Below are positions 48,446 to 58,677 of a stretch of DNA of 64,000 nucleotides, piece after piece (the stretch's first letter is position 1; each line of letters begins with the position of its first letter). Under the pieces are notes generated by a model that made no database searches, was not told the origin of the DNA, and saw only the letters and a list, made by a program, of their open reading frames with translations. The stretch lies in NCBI GenBank assembly GCA_028712255.1, contig JAQTQJ010000001.1, forward strand, positions 140,366-204,365, written 5' to 3'. Both the position numbers and the translations under genes were made by a program. The stretch comes from Candidatus Omnitrophota bacterium (lineage in GTDB: Bacteria > Omnitrophota > Gorgyraeia > Gygaellales > Profunditerraquicolaceae).

Positions 48446-51216
48446 AGCCCGACAATTCCGGATATAAAGATACATTAAATTTACCAAAAACGGATTTTCC
48501 GATGAAAGCGGATCTTCCTAAGAGGGAACCGCTTAGGCTGGAAAATTGGTATAAGACGAATCTTTACGGGCTTATTCGTAAAAAACCAGCAGAAAAAGGG
48601 AAATATGTTATTCATGACGGCCCGCCTTATGCCAATGGAGATATACACATTGGCCATGCGTTAAATAAAATATTAAAAGATATAGTTATAAAATATAAAA
48701 CCATGCAGGGGTATGACTGCCCCTATGTCCCTGGTTGGGATTGTCATGGTTTGCCAATTGAACACCAGCTATTCAAAGAATTAAAAATAGCTAAGCATCA
48801 AATTTCACAGCTTGAGTTTAGAAAAAAAGCTTATGATTATGCTATGAGGTATGTGGTTAATCAGAAGGAGCAATTTAAGCGCCTGGGGGTGTTTGGTGAT
48901 TGGGAAAATCCTTATTTAACCTTAAGCCATGAATATGAAGAAGCAATCATTAGGTCTTTTAACGATTTGTATAACCAAGGATTCATTCAGCGGGGGCTTA
49001 AGCCTGTCAACTGGTGTTTTAAATGTGAAACTGCCTTGGCTGAAGCAGAGGTGGAATATGAAGACCACGCATCTCCTTCGGTATTTGTAAAATTCAAAAT
49101 AAAAGATGGAGAAGATTTCTTAAAAGACAGCTGTCTTGCAATTTGGACTACTACCCCATGGACTTTAATCGCCAATGTTGCCGCAGCTGTGCATCCTGAA
49201 TTTAATTATTCTTGTATAAAGACAAATAAGGGTAATTTAATCATTGCTGATGCGCGCTTGTCTATATTAGAGCAGATGGGTATTGATAGATATGAAGTAA
49301 TAAAGCAGTTAAAAGGCAAGGATCTGGAAGGTATTATTTATGATCATCCATTTGGACTGCGTTCGGGGAAGGTTGTCTTGGCGGATTATATCTCTTCGGA
49401 GGATGGTACGGGATTAGTGCATATTGCCCCCGGGCATGGTGCGGAGGATTACCAGGTTGGATTAAAATACGGCTTGGATATTGTGATGCCGGTTGACGCA
49501 AGAGGCAAATTTGATTCAACTGCCGGAGAGTTTGCCGGGCAAAATGTTTATGATGCCAACAAAGCGATTATAGAAAAACTAAAACAAATAGGTGCTTTGC
49601 TTTTAGAACAGAAGATTTCTCATTCTTATCCGCATTGCTGGCGTTGTAAACATCCGATAATTTTTCGCGCGACAAAACAGTGGTTTTTGATTATTGACCA
49701 TAAAGATTTACGTAACAGTGTGCTAAAAGCCATAAAAGAAGATGTGCGTTGGATTCCCGAAGCAGGCATGGAGAGGATCTCCGCGATGGTGGAGTCGCGC
49801 CCGGATTGGTGTTTATCCCGCCAGAGGTATTGGGGAGTGCCGGTTCCAGCTTTGGTTTGTCAGGAATGTAAAGAAGAATTTTTTGATACAAGAGTGATTG
49901 AGAAATTTGCTGAATTTTCTGCTGTGGAAGGCTCTGATTGTTGGTTTAGCCGTGAAATAAAAGATTTTCTTCCGCAGGATTTAGTCTGCCCGAAATGTAA
50001 AAAAGGAAAATTTTTTGCTAAAGGAGCAGATATTCTGGACGTTTGGTTTGATTCCGGTGTAAGCAGTCAAGCGGTATTGAAAAAAAGAAAAGAATTAGGA
50101 GGGGTTCCTGCGCAATTATACTTGGAAGGAAGCGACCAACACCGGGGATGGTTTCAGTCATCGATTATTTCGGCAATGGCAATTGACGCTAAAGCGCCGT
50201 TTGAGAATGTGCTTACCCATGGTTTTGTGGTTGATGGCGCGGGACGGAAGATGTCTAAATCCGCAGGCAATGTTATTTCGCCTTTTGAAATCATCAAAGA
50301 TTATGGCGCGGATATCTTAAGGATGTGGGTGGCTTCAAGCGATTACAATGAGGACATTCGTATCTCCAAAGAAATCCTCAGTAGGCTTTCAGAAGCTTAC
50401 CGTAAGATTCGCAACACCGCAAAATTTATTCTAAGCAATCTCTATGATTTTAACCCGGATACAGATAAAGTAGCTTACGCCGATTTAAGGGTGATAGATA
50501 AGTGGATATTACAGGAAGCCGGGTCGGCATTGAAACAGGCAGGAAGTTTTTATGATTCTTTTGAATTTCATAAGGCGTATAAATCTATCTATGATCTCTG
50601 TAATGAGCAACTTTCAATGTATTACTTGGATATGGTTAAAGGCCGTCTTTATACTTATGGGGCTAAAACTATGGAAAGGCGTTCAGCACAGACAGCTATC
50701 TTTGAAGTATTGAATATGCTCGTGCGTATGATTGCCCCTATTTTAGTATTTACGGCAGAAGAGATTTGGCAACACATGGTTAAAGATAAAGAATCAAACG
50801 TAGTTTTAAGCGTTCACCTTTTAGAATGGCCTAGGCTTGATGCTGTAGCCGCGCAAGATGATATTCGATTACGCTTGGGGGTAGTAATATTACGAATTCC
50901 CTTGGTTGCTAAAGCTTTGGAAGAGTTGCGCGGAAAGGGTGAGATTGGCAGCTCCTTTGATGCCGGAATAAAACTATTGACAAAAAGTCAGGAACGTTAT
51001 ACATTCTTATCCAGCCTTGAGAATGATCTTTGTGAGATTTTTAAGGTTTCACAGGTAAAGGTAGTAAAAGAGGATAATCTTAGCGAAGAGATAAAGATAG
51101 AGGTAACTAAAGCAGAAGGCGTCAAATGCGTGCGCTGCTGGAATTATTCTTTGGCAATAGGCTCGGATAAAGAGCATCCTTTGATTTGTGATAATTGCCT
51201 TAAGGCGATTGGTTAG
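48442..51216 (+). CDS. ileS: Isoleucine--tRNA ligase
   Basis: HIGH (PYANGDIHIGHA) and KMSKS motifs plus a C-terminal zinc finger (CVRCWN…CDNC); 924 aa. Confidence 0.97.
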   Translation: MKPDNSGYKDTLNLPKTDFPMKADLPKREPLRLENWYKTNLYGLIRKKPAEKGKYVIHDGPPYANGDIHIGHALNKILKDIVIKYKTMQGYDCPYVPGWDCHGLPIEHQLFKELKIAKHQISQLEFRKKAYDYAMRYVVNQKEQFKRLGVFGDWENPYLTLSHEYEEAIIRSFNDLYNQGFIQRGLKPVNWCFKCETALAEAEVEYEDHASPSVFVKFKIKDGEDFLKDSCLAIWTTTPWTLIANVAAAVHPEFNYSCIKTNKGNLIIADARLSILEQMGIDRYEVIKQLKGKDLEGIIYDHPFGLRSGKVVLADYISSEDGTGLVHIAPGHGAEDYQVGLKYGLDIVMPVDARGKFDSTAGEFAGQNVYDANKAIIEKLKQIGALLLEQKISHSYPHCWRCKHPIIFRATKQWFLIIDHKDLRNSVLKAIKEDVRWIPEAGMERISAMVESRPDWCLSRQRYWGVPVPALVCQECKEEFFDTRVIEKFAEFSAVEGSDCWFSREIKDFLPQDLVCPKCKKGKFFAKGADILDVWFDSGVSSQAVLKKRKELGGVPAQLYLEGSDQHRGWFQSSIISAMAIDAKAPFENVLTHGFVVDGAGRKMSKSAGNVISPFEIIKDYGADILRMWVASSDYNEDIRISKEILSRLSEAYRKIRNTAKFILSNLYDFNPDTDKVAYADLRVIDKWILQEAGSALKQAGSFYDSFEFHKAYKSIYDLCNEQLSMYYLDMVKGRLYTYGAKTMERRSAQTAIFEVLNMLVRMIAPILVFTAEEIWQHMVKDKESNVVLSVHLLEWPRLDAVAAQDDIRLRLGVVILRIPLVAKALEELRGKGEIGSSFDAGIKLLTKSQERYTFLSSLENDLCEIFKVSQVKVVKEDNLSEEIKIEVTKAEGVKCVRCWNYSLAIGSDKEHPLICDNCLKAIG

Positions 51217-51266
51217 AGAACCATGGTTTGCCTTTTAATAGGCAAAGCCATAAAAGGAGAAATTGA

Positions 51267-51650
51267 GTGAAGAAAAAATTTACTAAAAAAGACTTAAAGG
51301 ATTTTAAGAAGATTGTGCTTAAGAGAAAAGAAGAGGTTTTGGATGATCTCAGGCACATATCCGATGATACTTTAAGAAAATCGCAAAAAGAAGCCTCCGG
51401 GGATATCTCTGGCTATACATATCATATGGCTGATGTGGCTACCGATAATTATGACCGTGAATTTTCATTGGGGCTGGCTTCTAATGAAAGAAAAACAATT
51501 TATGAATTGGATGATGCGTTAAAGAGAATCGAAGATGGTACATTTGGTATTTGCGATGATTGCAAAGGGACAATCACTAAAATCCGCCTTAAAGCAGTCC
51601 CGTCAGCTCGCCTGTGCATTAAGTGTCAACAAAAGAGAGAAAAAAAGTAA
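51267..51650 (+). CDS. DksA/TraR-family C4-type zinc-finger protein
   Basis: C4 zinc finger (CDDCKGTI…CIKCQ) after a coiled-coil region; GTG start. Confidence 0.78.
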   Translation: MKKKFTKKDLKDFKKIVLKRKEEVLDDLRHISDDTLRKSQKEASGDISGYTYHMADVATDNYDREFSLGLASNERKTIYELDDALKRIEDGTFGICDDCKGTITKIRLKAVPSARLCIKCQQKREKK

Positions 51651-51665
51651 TAAATCCATTATTAG

Positions 51666-52100
51666 ATGATTTTTATCATCATTGCTAGCGTTATTTTTTT
51701 AGATCAAGCCACAAAATTCCTTGCCTCAAAGTTTTTGCAGTTAAATAATCCAGTTCCCCTAATAAAAAATTTTATCAATCTAACGCTGGTGTATAATCGT
51801 GGTGCGGCTTTTGGAATGTTTCAGAATCAGTTGTCCATGTTTTTATTGATTTCGTTTGTTGCAGTTATCCTTATTATTTGCAGTTTGCGGGATAAAAGGA
51901 ATTCAGTTATCTACAAAGTGTCTTTGAGCCTGATATTAGGAGGAGCAATAGGAAATCTTATTGACCGCCTACGTTTTGGTTTTGTAATTGATTTTTTAGA
52001 TTTTCGCGTTTGGCCGGTTTTTAACTTGGCTGATTCTGTTATAACTGTAGCTGCGCTTTTATTAAGCTGGGAGTTATTATTTAAGAAAAATGCTGCCTGA
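51666..52100 (+). CDS. lspA: Lipoprotein signal peptidase (signal peptidase II)
   Basis: Four transmembrane segments with conserved motifs (NRGAAFG, FNLADSVI). Confidence 0.9.
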   Translation: MIFIIIASVIFLDQATKFLASKFLQLNNPVPLIKNFINLTLVYNRGAAFGMFQNQLSMFLLISFVAVILIICSLRDKRNSVIYKVSLSLILGGAIGNLIDRLRFGFVIDFLDFRVWPVFNLADSVITVAALLLSWELLFKKNAA

Positions 52101-52824
52101 GATTTGCCACATCGGATCTTTTACGATTTATTCATACGGCCTTATGCTGGTCTTGGCTTTTTTTACTTGTGTTTATCTGGCTTCCTTACAGGCTAAAAAG
52201 GAGAGGGTTGACCCGGAGTCAATCTTTAATCTCTGTTTCTTTGTATTTATTTTTGGAATAATCGGCGCCCGGTTTTTTTATTGTTTAAATAACTTCAGCT
52301 TTTATTTACGCAATCCTCTTGAGATTATTATGCTCCAGCATGGAGGAATGGCTTGGTTTGGGGGGCTAATTTTTGGTACAGCTGCGGCGGTAATTTTTAT
52401 TAAAAAAAATAAGATGGGCCTTTTTAAGACCCTGGATTTGTTGGTTCCTTTTATTGCCTTGGGGCAGGCAATTGGCAGGATAGGATGCCTTTTAAACGGA
52501 TGTTGTTACGGGCGGCCTTCTGAATTTGGGATATATTTTAAAATTTTTGATCAGGTTCTAATACCTACCCAACTGTATTCTTCGCTGCTTTTACTTTTGA
52601 TTTTTTTTATTTTAAGATTTATGCAGAATAGGAAGCATGCAACGGGCCAGATACTTTGTGCCTACCTTTTTCTTTATCCTATTAAACGTTTTTTTATCGA
52701 ATATTTCCGTAATGATAGCCCCAGGATTTTCTGTGGGTTAACTCTCTTTCAGATTTTGTCTTTGGTGATGTTCTTTGTTTTTCTCTTGGTATTTATTAAA
52801 ATACTACACGATAAGAAAAAATAA
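52090..52824 (+). CDS. lgt: Phosphatidylglycerol--prolipoprotein diacylglyceryl transferase
   Basis: Lgt signature sequence (GSFTIYSYGLMLVLAF…GARFFY…HGGMAWFGGL). Confidence 0.9.
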   Translation: MLPEICHIGSFTIYSYGLMLVLAFFTCVYLASLQAKKERVDPESIFNLCFFVFIFGIIGARFFYCLNNFSFYLRNPLEIIMLQHGGMAWFGGLIFGTAAAVIFIKKNKMGLFKTLDLLVPFIALGQAIGRIGCLLNGCCYGRPSEFGIYFKIFDQVLIPTQLYSSLLLLLIFFILRFMQNRKHATGQILCAYLFLYPIKRFFIEYFRNDSPRIFCGLTLFQILSLVMFFVFLLVFIKILHDKKK

Positions 52825-52826
52825 TT

Positions 52827-53744
52827 ATGAAAGAATTGAAAGTTGTGGTTTTGCCTGAACAGGCCTTGATGCGGCTGGATTTATTTTTGACGGATTATTC
52901 CGAACAGAATAATTTAGGCCTTTCCCGAACAATTATTCAGAAGCTTATCCATGAAGGAAAAGTTTTTTTAAATGCCAAGTCAATAATTAAACCTCATCAT
53001 AAAGTGGCTGTTGCGGATCAGGTAAAGGCTATTGTTCCCGATAAAGAGAAAGCAGAATTTTTACCGGAAGAAATCCCGCTTGAAGTTGTTTATGAGGACG
53101 ATGACGTATTGGTTATCAATAAGCAACCCGGTTTGGTTGTGCATCCGTCTGCTGGTAACCAAGAGCATACTTTAGTTAACGCTTTGCTTGGCCGCCAGAT
53201 GCAGTTATCCGATATTAATAAAAATCGCCCTGGAATTGTCCATCGCCTGGATAAAGATACCAGCGGCCTTTTAGTTATCGCCAAAAATAATGCCAGCCAT
53301 TTAAAATTAGCCAAACAGTTTGCCCAGCACAGCATCCAGCGTAAATATATCGCTATAGTTTGCGGCCGCGTTGAATTCGATGAAGATGTAATTGAGGCCC
53401 CTATAGGCAGGCATCCTTTAAAGCGTAAAAGTATGGCTGTTAGTTTTGCGCCGAATACCAAATACGCCAAAACATTTTATAAGACATTAAAACGATCCAA
53501 GAATTTTAGTCTCCTGGAGTTAAGCCCTTTTACGGGCAGGACGCATCAACTCAGGGTGCATTTGGCTTATTTGGGATACCCTATTTTAGGTGATACTAAA
53601 TACGGAAAAAATAATAATTTTAGCCGCCTTGCTTTGCATGCACAAGAGCTAGGCTTTATACATCCTTCTACCAATAAGCTCGTTCATTTCAAAAGCAAGC
53701 TCCCCACAGAATTTCAGGATTTCATTAAAAAAAATATCGCTTGA
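52827..53744 (+). CDS. rluD: 23S rRNA pseudouridine synthase, RluA family (RluD-like)
   Basis: N-terminal S4 domain and catalytic motif HRLDKDTSGLLV. Confidence 0.88.
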   Translation: MKELKVVVLPEQALMRLDLFLTDYSEQNNLGLSRTIIQKLIHEGKVFLNAKSIIKPHHKVAVADQVKAIVPDKEKAEFLPEEIPLEVVYEDDDVLVINKQPGLVVHPSAGNQEHTLVNALLGRQMQLSDINKNRPGIVHRLDKDTSGLLVIAKNNASHLKLAKQFAQHSIQRKYIAIVCGRVEFDEDVIEAPIGRHPLKRKSMAVSFAPNTKYAKTFYKTLKRSKNFSLLELSPFTGRTHQLRVHLAYLGYPILGDTKYGKNNNFSRLALHAQELGFIHPSTNKLVHFKSKLPTEFQDFIKKNIA

Positions 53745-53858
53745 TTTTTCCCTAACCTTTTGATACATTAATGTTTAATCAGTATGGTTAAATAATAAAA
53801 TTACACCCAGCGCTTAAAGGTGTTGCGCTGGTGTTACCCTTGTGGGTAAGGAGGTAAA

Positions 53859-54716
53859 ATGTATCGCAAAGGTACAATTATATTACCTGTTTTAATCGTT
53901 CTAATTATTATTTTCTTATCTCTTGCCGCAGTATCGTTTTATTTATATCAAAAAGAACACGCACAAAATCTCCAGCTTCAAGATAAGATTACTGAATTGG
54001 AGCAACGTCAGCGTATAACCGAGAATAAGCTTGAGGAGGCCAAAAAGGCCGCAAGCGAACTTACCCTTAAATTGCAAGAAGCTAGTTCTAAAGTGGAGTC
54101 CTTAACTGGCGAACTTACTAAGGAAAAATCAGCCCTTACAGAAGCATCCAATAAATTAGAGCAGTTTAACGCAGATATCCAACAGCAGAAATCTTTGCGT
54201 CAGGACCTTGAGGATAGGCTTAAAACTGCCACTGAAGAAGGTAAAAAGATAAATGAGCAGATGAAAATTATCCAACAGCAAAAAACTGAGCTGGAAAACA
54301 AAATTAAGAATATGGAAGATGGCTCTGGAGGAGTAGAACTGGGCAAGGTTGTTGTTGGCGGGGAACCTGTTATTATTGATAACACTGCCAAAGGCAAAGC
54401 TAAAGAAATCAATGATAAGATTAAAGCTGCTGAATTAAAGCAGGCAAAGACCGGTAAGCCAATACAAAATTCCGCGTTAAATATACTCGAAGGTAAGATT
54501 ATGATCGTAAATAAAGAATTTAATTTTGCGGTAATTAATTTGGGAAGCAAAGATAAAGTAATCGTCGGGGATGAATTTACGATTTCCCGTGACGGTAGGA
54601 ATATTAGTGAGCTAAAAGTTGAGAAAGTCCATGAATCGATGTCTGCTGCAGGTTTTGCGCCTGAATTCAAGGATTTGATACGGGAAAACGATAAGGTAAC
54701 ACAAAAGATAAAGTGA
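53859..54716 (+). CDS. Hypothetical membrane-anchored coiled-coil protein with a beta-rich C-terminal domain
   Basis: N-terminal transmembrane helix, about 170 aa of heptad-rich coiled coil, then a Gly-rich linker and a C-terminal domain (GKIMIVNKEFNFAVINLGSKDKVIVGDEFTISRDG). Its stop overlaps the aroA GTG start. Confidence 0.55.
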   Translation: MYRKGTIILPVLIVLIIIFLSLAAVSFYLYQKEHAQNLQLQDKITELEQRQRITENKLEEAKKAASELTLKLQEASSKVESLTGELTKEKSALTEASNKLEQFNADIQQQKSLRQDLEDRLKTATEEGKKINEQMKIIQQQKTELENKIKNMEDGSGGVELGKVVVGGEPVIIDNTAKGKAKEINDKIKAAELKQAKTGKPIQNSALNILEGKIMIVNKEFNFAVINLGSKDKVIVGDEFTISRDGRNISELKVEKVHESMSAAGFAPEFKDLIRENDKVTQKIK

Positions 54717-56095
54717 ACCCTATTAGAAAATTTGCTAATAGAGCAACCGGAAAATTCTCTAACAGGGTAAGGCCCTTTCTAGTTAAAAAAAAATTTATAC
54801 CCTACGGTAAAGTTGTCCTTCCTGGCGACAAATCTATAGCCCATCGAGCGCTCATATTAAGTGCTTTAGTTTACGGCAAAACTATCCTTAAAAATTTTCC
54901 CATACATGATGACTCTTTAGCCACCTTAGGTGCCTTGCGTGCTTTAGGGGTTAAGATAGTGCGAAAAAGTAATCAGGTTATAGTGTTAGGTAAGGGTAGG
55001 GATGGTTTTGAAAAACCTCATAAACCAATTTTTGTGAATAACTCCGGGACAACCTTACGTTTACTTCTGGGTATATTGGCCGCAGAGGATTTTGAGGTTA
55101 AAATTATTACAAGTAAATATTTATCATTGAGGCCTATGGCCAGGGTGAACCTGCCTTTGCGTTTGATGGGAGCGTATATTTTGGCAAAAATAAAAGGCAA
55201 AGAAGAGTACACACCCATAGTTATAAGAGGCGGAAACCTTAAAGGGATTATGTATCGGATGCCTGTTGCTTCAGCTCAGGTTAAATCCGCGATTCTTTTG
55301 GCAGGTTTATCTGCTAGGGGCAGGACTAAGATTTTAGAGAAAATAAAGACACGCGATCATACTGAACGTATGCTTAAAATTTTTGGTGCTGATATTGTTG
55401 TGAATAAGAACAGCATAACTTTAAAGCCGGGCAAGGATTTAGTTACTCCGGGCAAGATTTATATCCCAGGAGATATTTCTTCAGCAGCTTTTTTTATGGT
55501 GTTGGCGGCAATAATTCCGAGGTCTCAAGTTGTTGTTGAGCAGGTGAGCCTTAACCCTAGCCGCAGCGGGATAATTAACATTCTTAAAAGAATGAATGCT
55601 AAAATTAAAGTTATGCCGCTTCATAAAAATAAATTACAAGGATCTGAGCCTGTTGGAAATATTATAATAAGTAGCAGCAAGCTGAAGAACATTATAATTG
55701 ATTCTTTTGAAATTCCCTCTTTAATTGATGAATTGCCAATTCTTATGGTGGCTGCTTGTTTTGCTCAGGGTAAAACTATAATTAAAGGGGTAAGCGAGTT
55801 AAGAGTTAAGGAGACAGATCGTATTAATTCTATGGTGAGTAATTTAGGACGTATGGGCGCAGATATTGAAATTAACAAAAATAATTTGGGGGAAAATTTA
55901 ATCATAAAAGGTAAAGGAAATCTTTGTGGCGCAAACCTTAAGAGTTTCGGAGATCATCGCACTGCCATGAGTATGGTAGTAGCGGCTCTTGCTGCAGAAG
56001 GCAGCTCTAAGATCGATGATATCAGTTGTATCAGTAAATCCTTTCCAGGTTTCTTAGGCGCATTGAATAGTTTATTAAAAAATAAGCCTGATTAA
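54713..56095 (+). CDS. aroA: 3-phosphoshikimate 1-carboxyvinyltransferase (EPSP synthase)
   Basis: EPSP synthase motifs (LPGDKSIAHRALIL, NSGTTLRLL, RVKETDRI). The N-terminal 25 aa are an extension relative to typical AroA, so the true start may be later. Confidence 0.88.
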   Translation: MNPIRKFANRATGKFSNRVRPFLVKKKFIPYGKVVLPGDKSIAHRALILSALVYGKTILKNFPIHDDSLATLGALRALGVKIVRKSNQVIVLGKGRDGFEKPHKPIFVNNSGTTLRLLLGILAAEDFEVKIITSKYLSLRPMARVNLPLRLMGAYILAKIKGKEEYTPIVIRGGNLKGIMYRMPVASAQVKSAILLAGLSARGRTKILEKIKTRDHTERMLKIFGADIVVNKNSITLKPGKDLVTPGKIYIPGDISSAAFFMVLAAIIPRSQVVVEQVSLNPSRSGIINILKRMNAKIKVMPLHKNKLQGSEPVGNIIISSSKLKNIIIDSFEIPSLIDELPILMVAACFAQGKTIIKGVSELRVKETDRINSMVSNLGRMGADIEINKNNLGENLIIKGKGNLCGANLKSFGDHRTAMSMVVAALAAEGSSKIDDISCISKSFPGFLGALNSLLKNKPD

Positions 56096-56102
56096 ATTTG
56101 GT

Positions 56103-56131
56103 AAGTTTTTATTTGACATTGGGTTCAATCT
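56103..56131 (+). promoter_or_regulatory. Sigma70 promoter of the mre cluster (TTGACA-17-TAAAAT)
   Basis: Near-consensus hexamers about 100 nt upstream of the mreB ATG. Confidence 0.5.
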
Positions 56132-56231
56132 TTGTTAAAATCCTCCTACTGCGTAATTAACACCCCGTGCTTATAAAACATTCGGTTTAAATGGAATTGT
56201 ATTGATGCCCCCTTTGTGGGGAGGAGATAAT

Positions 56232-57305
56232 ATGGGAAGTTTGAGCCAACAGTTAAAAAGAGCAGTTAATTATGTTTTAGGTCTTTTTTCCAATGACATG
56301 GGAATTGATTTGGGGACAGCTACAACTTTAGTTTTTGTTAAGGGTGAAGGTGTAGTACTTTGTGAGCCTTCTGTTGTGGCTATTGAACGCGGTACTTCGC
56401 ATGTCTTAGCTGTAGGTGATGAAGCCAAGCGTATGCTTGGACGTACTCCCGGTAATATTATCGCCATTAGGCCGATGAAAGATGGAGTCATTTCTGATTT
56501 TGAAATTACCGAAGCTATGCTTCGGTATTTTATTAAGAAGGTGCATCACCGTAAAGTTTTAGTAAGGCCCAGAATCGTTATTGCAATTCCTTCAGGAATA
56601 ACTGAGGTAGAAAAACGGGCGGTAAAGGATTCTGCAGAGCGCGCTGGAGCAAGAGAGGTATTTTTGATTGAAGAGCCGATTGCCGCGGCTATTGGCGTAG
56701 GGCTGCCTATTCAGGAACCGGTTGGTAATATGATTATCGATATAGGAGGCGGAACTACGGAGCTTGCGGTAATATCATTAGCGGGAACAGTTTTTTCAAA
56801 ATCTATCCGTATTGGCGGGGATGAGATGAATGAAGCAATAATCGAGTATCTTAAAAAAACATATAATCTTATGATTGGCGAACGATCCGCAGAGGATATC
56901 AAAATAAAGATTGGATCAGCTTATCCTTTAGAAGAAGAGATGAGTATGGAGGTAAAGGGAAGAGATTTGGTTGCTGGGCTTCCTAAAACTGTGACCATTA
57001 CTAGTGAAGAGATACGAGAGTCTCTCCAGGAACCATTGCGTGCGATACTGGAAGTTACAAAAGTTTCGTTAGAGAGGACTCCTCCGGAGTTAGCCGCTGA
57101 TTTGATTGATCACGGTATTGTCATGGCTGGAGGAGGTTCATTATTAAGAGGGTTAGATAAATTAATTTCTGAAGAGACTGGCCTTCCTGTACATATAACC
57201 GATGATCCAATTACTGCCGTTGCCAATGGAACAGGAATCGTGCTTAGCGAAATTCAGTATCTTAAGAAAGTAACCGTATCGGTGAAAACCGAAGTACGTA
57301 ATTAA
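56232..57305 (+). CDS. mreB: Rod shape-determining protein MreB
   Basis: Actin-fold motifs ([27 protein letters not shown]). ATG at 56232 is preceded by a GGAGGAG site. I reject the ORF-track TTG start at 56202. Confidence 0.95.
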   Translation: MGSLSQQLKRAVNYVLGLFSNDMGIDLGTATTLVFVKGEGVVLCEPSVVAIERGTSHVLAVGDEAKRMLGRTPGNIIAIRPMKDGVISDFEITEAMLRYFIKKVHHRKVLVRPRIVIAIPSGITEVEKRAVKDSAERAGAREVFLIEEPIAAAIGVGLPIQEPVGNMIIDIGGGTTELAVISLAGTVFSKSIRIGGDEMNEAIIEYLKKTYNLMIGERSAEDIKIKIGSAYPLEEEMSMEVKGRDLVAGLPKTVTITSEEIRESLQEPLRAILEVTKVSLERTPPELAADLIDHGIVMAGGGSLLRGLDKLISEETGLPVHITDDPITAVANGTGIVLSEIQYLKKVTVSVKTEVRN

Positions 57306-57378
57306 ATCTTCCTACAAGGAGATACTGGCGTAATTCTTCGCCGTCAGCGAACACTGGCCTAATTCTTTTAAGGGTCAG

Positions 57379-58200
57379 GTGCTGTTAGCGCCAGGTGTAA
57401 AGCCAGCCATTGATTCCCGGTTAAATGTGTTTAAGTTATCCCGCAAAACCCTAATCAGTTTTATTCTTATTGCCTCTTGTTTATTTCTGATTTCCAATAC
57501 TCTATCTTGTTTTAAAAATTCTATTCAAGGTGTTTTTACCCCTGGGCTTTCTTTTGTTGGTTTACTTAAGCATGAACTTTCCGGTATTATATTTTATCAT
57601 CGTAATATGATTCAAGCTGAAAATTTAAACGCGCAAGTCGGTGCGTTACGATGGCAATTATCTAATCTGCAGGAACTTAATCAGGAAAATGCCCGCCTGA
57701 AGGGGCTGCTTAATTTTAAACAAAAATCTCCTCTGCGCTTGGTTGCCGCCAGGGTAATTGCCCGCTCGCTTGAGGCCTGGTCCTGTAGTGTAATTATTGA
57801 TAAGGGAAAAAATAATAGAATAAGGCCAGGGATGGCGGTAATTGATCTTCAAGGATTGGTGGGTAGGGTAGTGGAAAGTTTAGATAATGCCAGTAAAGTG
57901 TTGTTGATCAATGATTCCAGCCAAGGTATTTCAAGTATTGTGCAGCGTAGTCGTCAAGAAGGGTTAGTTAGCGGGACTCTTGGCTCAAACTTAATTATGC
58001 GCTATCTTCCTGAAGATGCGCAGATTACCGTTGGTGACCTGGTTATTACCTCTGATTTAAGCCAAATTTATCCTAAGGGTTTAGTGATCGGCAAAGTGAT
58101 TAATATAGGCAGCGATTTTTCCGGGCTCAACCGATTCGCGGTAGTTAAGCCTGCAGTGGAACTTGCCAATATTGAAGAGGTATTTGTAATTATTCCATGA
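57379..58200 (+). CDS. mreC: Rod shape-determining protein MreC
   Basis: N-terminal transmembrane helix, a coiled coil (RWQLSNLQELNQENARLKGLL) and MreC beta-barrel domains. GTG start; the precise start is uncertain. Confidence 0.8.
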   Translation: MLLAPGVKPAIDSRLNVFKLSRKTLISFILIASCLFLISNTLSCFKNSIQGVFTPGLSFVGLLKHELSGIIFYHRNMIQAENLNAQVGALRWQLSNLQELNQENARLKGLLNFKQKSPLRLVAARVIARSLEAWSCSVIIDKGKNNRIRPGMAVIDLQGLVGRVVESLDNASKVLLINDSSQGISSIVQRSRQEGLVSGTLGSNLIMRYLPEDAQITVGDLVITSDLSQIYPKGLVIGKVINIGSDFSGLNRFAVVKPAVELANIEEVFVIIP

Positions 58201-58667
58201 AAAAATGGTTTTTTTTATTAGTTATAATTGCACTGGTTTCTTTACAATTAACTTGGCCGGTTTTTTTAAGTTTTTTTAATTGTAAACCGGATTTTCTTTT
58301 GGTTTTAGTTGTGGCTTTAGTTTTTTATTTGGATTTTAAGATTGCTTTAGTTTTTGCTCTTTTAACAGGCTTAACTAAGGATGCGTTTTTACCAGGGTTT
58401 TTTGCGGTTAATACAATTCTGTTTTGTATATGGAGTTATTTGGTCCATCTTTTGAGCAGGCAAATATCTACCGAAAATGGCTATGTAAGAGTTGCAATAG
58501 TGCTGATTGCAGCTTTATTAAATAATATTATCAGCGGCCTGCAAATTATAAACTCCGGTTTAATAATTCCCCCGGCTATATTTTTACGTAACCTCATTAT
58601 CTCTTCAACTTATACAGCAACAGTATCACCTTTAATTTTTAAGTTTACTAAAAAAATAGTTTCATAA
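58197..58667 (+). CDS. mreD: Rod shape-determining protein MreD
   Basis: Small polytopic membrane protein immediately downstream of and overlapping mreC. Canonical position. Confidence 0.7.
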   Translation: MKKWFFLLVIIALVSLQLTWPVFLSFFNCKPDFLLVLVVALVFYLDFKIALVFALLTGLTKDAFLPGFFAVNTILFCIWSYLVHLLSRQISTENGYVRVAIVLIAALLNNIISGLQIINSGLIIPPAIFLRNLIISSTYTATVSPLIFKFTKKIVS

Positions 58668-58677
58668 TTTCTTAAAT

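Noticed and set aside
51217-51266. Imperfect 11-bp hairpin (ATGGTTTGCCT…AGGCAAAGCCAT) between ileS and the dksA-like gene
   Set aside because: It has one mismatch and no U-tract. It could be a weak terminator or a leader structure, but there is nothing distinctive to support a specific call.
54200-54670. 156-aa minus-strand ORF inside the coiled-coil gene
   Set aside because: It is antisense to a repetitive coiled-coil coding region, where low-complexity codons create long open frames by chance. There is no independent support.
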